NCBI GenBank assembly: GCA_951406725.2
Contig: OX597834.1
Span: 62,001 to 126,000 of the forward strand
Length of the DNA: 64,000 bases
From: Octopus vulgaris
Taxonomy: Eukaryota
Reading direction: 5' to 3'
In this document: in pieces, positions 53,863 to 64,000 of the stretch
How positions within the stretch are numbered: position 1 is the stretch's first letter
Layout of the letters: each line of letters opens with the position of its first letter
Made by a program: the position numbers and the translations under genes
Notes under the pieces: generated by a model
What the model saw: the letters and a program-made list of their open reading frames with translations, nothing else
What the model was told of the DNA's origin: nothing
Databases searched by the model: none

Positions 53863-53948
53863 TACATATATATGTACATCAAATATATATATACATATAT
53901 GTGTGTGTGTGTATGTATATATATGACACATATATATATAAACACACA

Positions 53949-54726
53949 CATAGAGTGTTTGGGCTAAATTTGACAATTTTTATGTCCCCCTTTTTAAGGA
54001 ACAGCTTGATTTATTGGTGAACAGTCAATGGCGTTGGAGTGCATAAAGATTAAAGTTCTAGTTGAGAAACAGTTAGCTGACATGGCAAAATAAAAGCCAT
54101 ATAAATATTGGAGAAGAGCTGGCTGGATCATGAGGATTCGTCCTGGGTATCAAAACTCTGACATCATGACTGCTGCTCAGGACCCTGTGAGCTTTGTAAA
54201 CACTGCAACAGAAACTGTGAAGCTGGGGCCAGCAGGAAGGGACACGGCAGGTGTTCTGATTGCATCCTCATTTCAGAGTTCATACTTGCATCTTTGAACA
54301 GGGTCTTAGGCTCAATTCAGACAGCTGCTGGAGACTGTGGTCAATCCCTGGCAGGAGAGGTTTGCTGCAGCAGCATGTTTCAGCTCCTTGTTACAACTCT
54401 GGAAAGAGTCAGAAGTGGTTGTTGGCAAATTTCTATGACTTCACCAGCCCCAAATTCTATGTGTAGTGTATGGTTGAAAAAAACATCAACCACTCTGCCT
54501 TCAAAACCAAGTCAAAGCTGGTGGCAAAGATTTTCCCTGGGACACAGTGATGACTGCATGTTCCAGGTTTCAAACCCATCTCCAGGTCATGGGGAAAGCT
54601 AAAGGCAGCTGAGGATAGCTGAAGGCAGCTGAGGATAGCTATCTCCCAGCCACAGTCTAGTTGATATATCTTGATTTTTTAAAATGTTCTCTTCTTTTTA
54701 TACAAACTGTCATATTTAGCCTGAAT

Positions 54727-54734
<8 letters not shown>
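53949..54734 (+). mobile_element. Internally deleted Tc1/mariner-superfamily (maT/rosa-like) element
   Basis: Imperfect TIRs (gagtgtttgggctaaatttgacaattt / aaactgtcatatttagcctgaatattctg) in (TA/CA)n. Remnant QQ..SAPC..SGKSQKWL..NFYDFTSP. Confidence 0.7.
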
Positions 54735-54769
<35 letters not shown>

Positions 54770-55583
54770 AAAGAATGTATGTATATATGCATACACACAC
54801 TCACACACACACTGTGTGTGTGCCTGCATGCGTGCATGTGTGTGTGTGTGTGTGTGTGTGTATATACCATGCTGAATTAATAACATAAAACTAAAAACTT
54901 GCTGAAATGTCAACTTGAAATAAAAATCTATGAAACAGAAAATGATTTAAAAAAAAGCATTGAAAAAGAAATGATTAAAACTAGAAAGAAATGCAAGAAA
55001 ATGAAGATGCTGCTGCTGATGAAGATGAAAATGATGAAGGGTGATATAGATGTGTCTTGGCAGATGTGTACATATAAATGTGTGTGTATGTATGTGTGTG
55101 TGTGTGTGTATGTGTGTGTGTGTATGTGTGTGTAGAACACAACACAAGTCTACCTGTGGTAAAAGAAAACATTCAGTCAACTTTAACAAATATGTTTACT
55201 AAACATTAATTATTGCAATGCAAACCTGAAAAAAAAAAGGAATTTAGAAACAATATCAAAGTGTATCTCGGCCTACATTCCACAGTAAGGGGTGTGTAAA
55301 TGTTGTGGACACACCATTGTTAGACATTCCATTTTCTGTGTCAACTAAGCAAAGGTCTTTAGACACCCAGAAAGACGGATGTGGAACCTTATGTCTTTTA
55401 TATGACTTCATCCTAAACTCAGTTTTTGTTATGAGTGCTGAGACTGATTAAGCTAAAGATTGCAGCAAAACTACTTGCATGTGTGTGTATACATATACAA
55501 GCATATACATAAATGCATACAAACTCCTATATACTTGCTATATATATATATATATATATATAATATAATATAATATGATATAA

Positions 55584-55826
55584 TATATATCTGTAAATGT
55601 AATATGTGACAATTATTCTGTAAATGATATGTCTCTGAGTTTCGGATGCCAAGTTGGAAATCCACACCACCATCTCTTCAGTTATCCGGCCATTGGGAAG
55701 AGCATTTTTCCGATGGCCGGATAACTGAAGAGATGGTGGTGTGGATTTCCACCTTGGCATCCGAAACTCAGAGATTTATCTTGGCTGCCGAATAATTATC
55801 AGATATAACATTTACAGATATATATT
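55584..55826. repeat. Palindromic element with hammerhead-ribozyme-like arms
   Basis: 55632-55693 pairs with 55713-55774 (62 bp, one mismatch). Outer arms pair imperfectly; the element is embedded in (TA)n. Each arm has CTGAAGA...CGAAAC. Confidence 0.85.
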
Positions 55827-55830
55827 ATAT

Positions 55831-55881
<51 letters not shown>

Positions 55882-56067
55882 AAATATTAATGATCATGGT
55901 TATCAACTGCAGCATGTATTTGACTGGTGGGCAACTCTAGAGGAACACTGTTGTGTATTTCTAGTCAATCATCCAGTTGGTAGAGAAATCAGTGCAGCCC
56001 TAATGCATTAAATAATATGTAATCTGCAACCTTGATTTCTGTAACAACACTTGCGGCAGAAGAAATC

Positions 56068-56371
56068 TAATAAATGATGATAGATAGAAAGTCACCGATT
56101 CAATTCATGCTACATATGTTTCAATGGCATATACAATTATTTGCACACATTGTGTTACATAACGATGTGATATTACATAATTTGTTATCTATTCCTTCAA
56201 TGGTTAATGGTGCTTGACATGATGGCAGATAATGAAGTGCATTAAATAATGGAAAAAATGTAATATCATGTCATATTATGTAATACACCATGTGCAAAGA
56301 AATGATCATACTATTGAAACATTTGTAGCATGAAGTAAATGAATAGTCATCTATTTTTCTTCATTTATTAT
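56068..56371. mobile_element. Old foldback MITE with ~110-bp imperfect arms
   Basis: ttcatgctacatatgtttcaat...gatattacat pairs with atgtaatatc...attgaaacatttgtagcatgaa. Confidence 0.65.
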
Positions 56372-56699
56372 ATATAAACACATGAAGAGCCTTTGGGTGA
56401 AATAAAAAATATTTTTTGTACTGACTCAGACTTTAATTCTTTTTTAAGATTCCAAGTGGCCTGATAGAGGTTCTAGGAATATGTCACCCACCGGAATAAT
56501 ATATCTATGTATTACTACTTAGTCAAAAGCCATGGTTCATCACTGCCATCCCACCTGTAATTAATTAAGATGGACAAGTAAACCTACAATAACACAAACG
56601 GGTCAGTAATGGAATGCTGAACATTCATCCCACAGTGAATCAAAAGAAAATCTAATAAATAAATAAATTTGAAACTTATTTCTGTTTGAATAAGACACT

Positions 56700-57290
56700 T
56701 AACTCGTTTAGGATAAAGTGTGAAAACTTGTGTGTGTAAGACCTTCCTTAGCTTAGTCAACAAATATTTTCCTTATATTTGTATAGGTTCTGCAACCTTT
56801 TTAATAGACACACCTTAAGAGTTTCTTTTAACTACACAACCAGTGTAAAGAAATATTGGCAGGAAGGCCCACACCTGAGACAGAGGCAGGATGCTGAGAC
56901 AGAGGCAGGATGCTCATGCAGGGGCAACACCACTGCAACATGGAGATAGTCATAGGCAGAGGTATTGTCAAAGGCTTCGAATTGGAAGCATGTAGGTATA
57001 GCAGAAGCTCCTTTCAGGACCAGAGTCAACAAATGTAAATGCTCCATCCATAGCCAGGAGAGATGCAATATCATAGTGCTGGCAAGGAATGTATGGTTGT
57101 TAAAAGAATGCACCATGGAGTGCAACATCAAATGGAAAATCTTAGAGAAATTCAAGCCGTGTTTTAACAGCAGCAGAAAATGTTTAGCTGAGAAAAAAAT
57201 CATATTAAAAACTTTTTATCATTTGGACATCTACTTAAACTACTGGAACAAGATTTTTTAGCCCATACCCACATGAAAGAAGATATATAT
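56700..57290 (+). mobile_element. Penelope-like (GIY-YIG end) fragment
   Basis: KTFLSLVNKYFP, FNRHTLRVS, and HVGIAEAPFRTR...LARNVWLLKE...IKWKILEK...CLAEKKIIL. Confidence 0.7.
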
Positions 57291-57598
57291 TATCTTATTC
57301 ATGGGCCATACCATGACCACAAATACTAGGCTCTCCAGCATTAGGCCTTCTATCATCACATCCTGAGAACACAGCAAAGTTTTTAACCAAACCATACACA
57401 CATATGCATAGACATGGTGTTAAAGATTTGGACCCCTGCCAAAGTTCCCCCTCCACCCTCCATAGATTAGATAACTACAATGTTATCTAATACTAAATAT
57501 TTAATACTTTGATTATTGTATCCAGTTTACAGACAAATACATGAGTGGTTATTTTTTGAGACTTATTGATTCTTAGGTGACTATATATACATATATAC

Positions 57599-57658
<60 letters not shown>

Positions 57659-57897
57659 CTTTAGAAGACATTATTCTCGTATAGAATGGAAGTGCTTGTG
57701 TTTTGACTTTATAAATATTGTTATTTAATCATTGTTTACTGAAAAAAGAGCTGCAGAAAGCAAAAGGCACACCAATTCATAGGAATATGTTTGTTTCTAA
57801 TAAGTGTTAACTTAAGATTAATTAATAAATCTCTGAAAAAAGAGGAATTATTAATTGGCATTAATTACTTGGAAAATAATTTACCAAAGTAAATTGG

Positions 57898-57950
<53 letters not shown>

Positions 57951-58331
57951 TCTATAGAACATAAAATTCTGTTATAAAACAATAGTACAATGATACAGTA
58001 CTAAACGTGCATACTATTGCTAGGTTTACAAATGTCGGGTAATTTTGGCACATTTCAAAGTGTTTATAATATTGAGATGAACAACAACTTGCAGTGTATT
58101 GTAAACTTAATGGGTTGTTTTGGAGAAGAGGGAAAAAAAACCATATTCACCAGTGTAAGTCTATTAACCATCACCAGAATATTATCAAAAAGAGAAAAGC
58201 CAGCAATGTTTTAAGAATTCTAGAATATGCCACTGTTAATTATCCAAAGATTACCAAATTCATGCAGGGAACCATAAGATTTTAGAGAATGCACTTATTT
58301 CTTTCTTTTCTTTTTTTTTTAAATTTGCTAC

Positions 58332-58433
58332 CTTGTACTTTGGATTTTCATACAACTGAGTCTCATCAACACCAGAGAAAGAACGGTTAACATAGCCACC
58401 TCTTTGTTGGTTTGGGTTGTAATTTGCTTGATT
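58332..58433 (-). CDS. cac: Cav2 C-terminal tail exon (102 nt, phase 0 to 0)
   Basis: Long pyrimidine tract then tctcag|, donor AAG|gtagca. Reads NQANYNPNQQRGGYVNRSFSGVDETQLYENPKYK, phase-compatible with the next exon. Upstream exons lie beyond the window. Confidence 0.75.
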
Positions 58434-59949
58434 CTGAGACAATAAAAAAAAATAATAAAAAAAAGAAAAGAAAAGAAAAAAATGAAAGGAAAAATAAAAA
58501 AAAAACAAAATATAATTATTCTAAAAGGTATCCAGATATATATATATATATTGGACACTGAATCTTAAATCTTGTTTCCTTGTAATTTAGTTTAACAAAA
58601 TATTGAACATAACCATGTTTTCTTGTGCCATTATGGAATTTAAAACTTATGTGATAAAGCTAGATGGAAATACTGAGCTGAAAGATACTCAAAATTTACT
58701 AAAGATTGGCTAAAAAAAAATTATCCAGTAATATTCAAAGTATTTATGTAATGTTAACACCAGTTCAAATGTGTTCAAAGCATGTTTGGACTTGTAAACA
58801 AGCCACCCACCATGTTTTGTCAGGGAGAAAATTTGACCTTGTAATCAAAGTATTTAATAAAAATAATAGTTACATTAAGCAGTTTACAAGCCATCTAAAG
58901 TTATTTGATAAACAGTTTGTAATTTCTATTGGATGTTCTACAATATCTATAGGCAACCTCTCTACCTCCAAACCTAACACTTAACAATTAAGAGAATAAG
59001 AAAACGAGGATGTATAAAACATTCTCACAATTAAATTTGAAGCTCATCACATTGGAGTCAAAACTCCAAAGTCAACATCCAGAGGGGCTCAAATAGAAGG
59101 TTGCCCTCAGATTTGGCCTCACTACTTCTTAAGTGCTAAGAGGCAGTGTGAAACAGAGTGATGGACTGAGTCAGCCATGGTGGCTCTGTCAGCATTTCAA
59201 ACAATATTCATCCACCAAATTTCCCTCACAAGGCTTTGGTTGACCTGAACCTGGATGCTGCACAGTAGAATTGAACCTGAAACCATGTGGTTGTGAAATA
59301 ACCCACTTAACTACACAGTTATTGTATTATAGGATGTTTTATCAGGCCCCAGTAGCAGCCACATAAAGAGGAAACATGTCAACGAATGAGCGAAAGAGAA
59401 GATAATTTCAAGTTTTGTAAAGTGACATGAATATATTAAAAATAAAACTAAAAACTAAGAATTATAAATTTTCTCTTCAAAATATTTAAATTGAATATAC
59501 ATATCAAATGGCGGTGCCCCAGCATGGCCACAGCTCGTGAGCTGAAACTAGAATCAATCAATATCTTTTTTTGCTGTTAGCATTAGGAGAAGTATATAAA
59601 GTAAAGAATATAGAGATTGCTTTCATATAAATGACACTTTAGTAGAGTTTTATTACAAAGATCTTTCGACTTGAATATCTTCTGGTTAATGAAGCTTTAG
59701 TCAGATTTAGTTTCTAGATAAAGATTGTTTGTTTTTTGTTAGTATGAAAAAGAAATGAAAGCAATCATATAAATGCCTATGAAAAATGTCAGAAAATGAT
59801 AAGATGCAATTCTTTATATTCTAAATAACTACTTCGTTGAAAAATTATAAAATCAAAATTATTGAAATTAAAATATAAAGTTATTTGTTACACATTAGGA
59901 TTTATTATAGAGAGGTTTAAATAAAGTGAAATAATTATTGATAATAATT

Positions 59950-60175
59950 ATAATTGTTTCCAACAGGCACAAGACCCAAAATGGGGTGGGGTGGGGAGGA
60001 TTTACTTGGTTACCCATTACTTGAGTGTTTTTTTTTAATTTTGTTGACTCCGAAAGGATGAAAGACAAGTTTGCTTTTGATTAAATCTGAACTCAGAATG
60101 TAAAGAGCTGGAACAAATACCTGAAAGCATTTTTCACAGCATTTTAACAATTCTGCCAACTCAGCATCCTCAATA

Positions 60176-60210
<35 letters not shown>

Positions 60211-60540
60211 AATAATGATGATGATGATGATGATTTCAAATTTTGGCATAGAGCCAGCAAGTTTGAGGGAGGGGGCAAGTCGATTAAACTGATTCAAATG
60301 CTCAAGTGATGCTTGTTTTATTGGACCCTGAAAGGATGATGAATAATAATTTTGGTAGAAAGGCAGCAGTTTTAAGGATTGGGAGTCAATTACAACAACT
60401 TCAGAACTCAATTGCAATTGACTGTGAAAGGACAAAATGCTAAGTCAATCTCAGTGGAATTTGAACTCAGAACATAAAGAACTGCAAGAGATGCTATGAA
60501 GCATTTTGTCTGATGCGCTAACAATTCTGCCAGCTTGCTA
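59950..60540 (-). mobile_element. Two SINE copies separated by (AAT/GAT)n
   Basis: gaaaggatgaaagacaag...tgaactcagaa...ttctgcca, same family as 32005-32570. Confidence 0.7.
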
Positions 60541-60554
60541 CAATAATGATGATG

Positions 60555-60633
<79 letters not shown>

Positions 60634-60674
60634 TAATAATAATAGTAATAATAATAATAATGATAATAATAATA

Positions 60675-60724
<50 letters not shown>

Positions 60725-60725
<1 letters not shown>

Positions 60726-61257
60726 GCCCTGATGCAGTACCAGGCAGTGGCTCTCGTGGCTTCTGATCTTAACTGATTGGAAGTGTTATCATGTACATTG
60801 TTTTGTCTTGGTATAAAAGATGGGCTACAGCAAATATTCTGCTCAATACCACAGATTTGCTTGTCAGTTGTTTGACCTTAAGCAGTTGAGCATGTCCCTT
60901 AGTGGCTGACGATATGTGCATCTCTGACCACGAGCAGAAGTAGTGGGGGAGCATCATAGCCATGTGTTGAGAGGGATTCTTTGGAAACATGGGTGTTTCG
61001 TTCAACATCCTTAAACAACCCTTATTCAGGGACCTTTCGAGTGGGATGGGTTACTTGACCTGAAGAAAATTCTAACTGGGCCCCACCTGCAAGGTCATGT
61101 GCTGTTTATTTTGATATGAGATTACCATGTTGCGCACACATGGTTGTGATGCATGTGCCTAGTGTACCCTTATCAGACGGGTAGTCCTGCTGGGTATACT
61201 GGGCTTCGTATATTTTACCCCAGTGTCACTTTGATGGCATGCACTGCTCTCTCACTC
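60725..61257 (+). mobile_element. Non-coding retroposon inserted in (AAT)n, copy 1
   Basis: Flanked on both sides by long (AAT)n and ends ...ctgctctctcactc(aat)n. Its 3' ~350 nt recur at 63491-63836. Confidence 0.8.
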
Positions 61258-61331
<74 letters not shown>

Positions 61332-62269
61332 TAATAATAATAATAATATTAATAATAATGGGTGCACTATAGCAACAGAGCACTTGCTTGTGAGCATGTT
61401 GCATATTTTGACCAGTACAAGGACTACGTCTAGTAGTGTGGCTAGCAGTTATTGGATTATGACCAAGCCCACCCTGCTGCACAGTGAGACACCTGCCAGG
61501 TGTGGCACCAACACCACTGGTTCCAGTCCTATTCACACCGTTATCGTCATTTATTTTGTTTGGTATTTTCATTCACAAATGAGGTGTGTTTTTAGGTTAC
61601 TACCAACTGGTATTTTTATCAAGATACCATCTCTATCAATGTAGTCCGCCAAGGCAGCAGGGTCCTTGCTCCTCTGCTTTTGGACTCAGAGTGTTCCTTC
61701 TCGTAGGCTGCTTGCCACCCAAGGCTAATGAGTACAGCCTACCCAGAGCACTGGTTATTTCAAGGCACCAGCTACTCACCTTTTCTCACACTTCGCCTCT
61801 TGGTTTGGCAAAGGAGTCAATCAAGACTGCAAAGCTCTTACTACCCATAAGTTGGGCCTGTTCCTTTCACATTTCAGTATGTTGGGGACCATGATCCTGA
61901 TTCTCACTAGGAGACAGGTGTGCATCAGTTGGTCCCGTATCTTCATCCAAATACTGCTCCGGAGTTAAGCCCCAATTCATAGTTCATTCACCTTCATCCC
62001 AGGCAGGGAGCCATTGAACACTGACAGGGTGTCACCACTATCACTAAGGAGTCCTATTTACCCCAGTTTTTAAATCAGAGTGTTCATTCCCCTAGACAGA
62101 CTGACAACCAAGGCTCATGAGTTCTGTTTACTCATTTTTGGAATGGCCTTTGACATTTTAAGTTCCTCTGCCCTTTGCTGGGTTTTGTTTGTAATCCCAC
62201 AGGTAGTCGAAAATCCACCCTCTTCACCATCCTGAAATGGACACAAGTGGAGATTAACCCAATTGCACA

Positions 62270-63430
62270 ACCCAAAAGACAATGACAATGTATGGTGCCC
62301 TTCATCCTAAGGCAAATGTACCCAGGCTCTACATGAAGAGGGGTAAAGGTGGACGTGGGCTGACTAGCATATGGGAGAACATCAACAGTGAAAGAAGAAA
62401 CATGGCAGAATATTTGGTAAACAGCAAAGAAGACCTGCGACAGTATGCTGCTAATGCAGAAGGATTTAACAAAAATGGACTTGAGAGTGCTCGTGAATTC
62501 CAATGAAGATCAGCCAATGAGAGAGAAGAAGCCCTACTCCACTTGGAATTACATGGTCAGCTCCACCGTGAAACCAACAAATTAAAAGACCAGGAAGCAT
62601 CATGGAAGTGGCTCCAGAAGGTTGACCTAAAAAAGAATATTGAAAGCCTAATCATCACTGGCCAGAACTAGGCATTGAATACCAAATCAGTGTGAAAAAG
62701 AATATATACCACATAAGTGCACCGGACCTCTGCAGAATGTGTGGGAAGAGGTTTGAAAGCTTGACTCACATTGTTATTGCTAGTGAAAGTCTTGTGCAGA
62801 AAGAGTACAAGTGTAGACACGACAAGGTAGCCGAAAAACTCCACTGGCTACTATGCTGTAAATATGGATATGAGGTTACGGGTGCTCGGTGCCAACATAC
62901 AGCAGAAAAGGTAATGGACAAAAAGGAGAAGGCAAAAATCCTCTGGGACTTTGACTTCCAGACAGACAAGGTATTAGAGCACCAAGGCTGGATATAGTAA
63001 CCTTTAGGAGGGACAAACAAAAATGTTTAATAATTGATGTAGCAGTACCAGGAGATCAACATTTCATCATGAAAGAAAGAGAAAAGTTTGATAAATATGG
63101 AGACCTGAGGATTGAGATTGCTAAGATGTGGCAGCTACGAGAGTCAAACATAAAGGTTATCCTTATTGTTATTGGAACACTAGGTTCAATAGCATCCAAT
63201 CTGAAAAAACATCAGAAAACTTTAGAAATACCCTACAATCTAGGTGTATTGCAAAAGTCGGCATTGTTTGGAACTGCACACATATTGTGTAAAGCACTGT
63301 CTGTCTGAGGTCCTTGTTATGGCTTGAGTACAAACCCCAGGTAGACATAATATCTTCAATCAACAACTTCACCATATTGTATACTGTGCGATGTCTACTG
63401 TAGTAGTAATAATAATAACAATAATAATAA
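62270..63430 (+). mobile_element. 5'-truncated R4/Dong-clade non-LTR retrotransposon, disrupted
   Basis: HPKANVPRLYMKRGKGGRGL, LHGQ, CRMCG..ESLTHIV, RHDKVA..LHW, KILWDFDFQTD, IIDVAVPGD, EKFDKY and IVIGTLG (zinc knuckle plus PD-(D/E)xK endonuclease). (TAA)n tail. Confidence 0.9.
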
Positions 63431-63490
63431 TAGGTATCTGAGTGATCTCCAGTATACGGACCAAAAGACCAGAAAACAGCTGATACTAAA

Positions 63491-63836
63491 CAGAAGTAGT
63501 GGGGGAGCATCGTAGCCATGTGTTGAGAGGAATTCTTTGGGGTTTGAATAATTCACCTCTGGAAACATGGGTGTTTCATTCATCGTCCTTAAATAAACCT
63601 TATTCAGGGACCTTTTGAGCGAGATGGACTACTTGACATGATGAAAATTTTAACTGGGTCTCACCTGCAAGGTTATATGCTATTTACCTTGATAGGAGAT
63701 TACCATGTCTCACACATATGGTTGTGATGCATGTGCCTGGTAGACTCTTATCAGATGGGTAGTCATGATGGGTATATTGGGCTTCATATAATTGTACCCC
63801 AGTGTCATTTTGATGGCATGCGCTGCTCTCTCACTC
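63491..63836 (+). mobile_element. Non-coding retroposon, 5'-truncated copy 2
   Basis: Colinear with 60935-61257 and ends in (AAT)n. Confidence 0.8.
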
Positions 63837-64000
63837 AATAATAATAATAATAATAATAGTAATTTAAGCAAATTCTAACCCTCTAAAATGAGGTAGAAAA
63901 GCTTTGTTGAAACATTGTATTTTTTTTTAACTATAAATATATTTTTGGATAGTAGCCATTAGTCTTATTTCTCAGTCACCAAAAAGTGACTCCAAATGAG

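Overview
This is AT-rich, microsatellite-dense eukaryotic DNA. The repeat content (tRNA-derived SINEs with (AAT)n flanks, CCCTAA-containing foldback MITEs, Penelope and R4/Dong retroelements) is typical of an Octopus-like cephalopod genome; the organism is inferred. The main feature is the 3' end of a minus-strand presynaptic Cav2 (cacophony/UNC-2/CACNA1A-B-E type) calcium channel alpha-1 gene. Four phase-compatible coding exons (58433-58332, 53342-53217, 45960-45645, 23492-22621) end in the PDZ ligand DDDWC and are followed by a probably very long, TE-poor 3' UTR. The introns hold decayed mariner, Tc1-like, piggyBac, Helitron, Penelope, CRE-like and R4/Dong elements. A CpG-rich zone at about 0.4-2.8 kb carries an RFX X-box and a probable first exon of the next minus-strand gene. 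The best leads are: candidate alternative exons in the last 22-kb intron that would remove or swap the PDZ ligand; three inverted-repeat elements whose arms carry Penelope-type hammerhead ribozyme cores; a 19-nt quasi-palindromic repeat bracketing the terminal exon; and a twice-repeated covarying RNA-structure motif. Most ORF-track entries are microsatellite artefacts. All calls are by eye; no database search was run.
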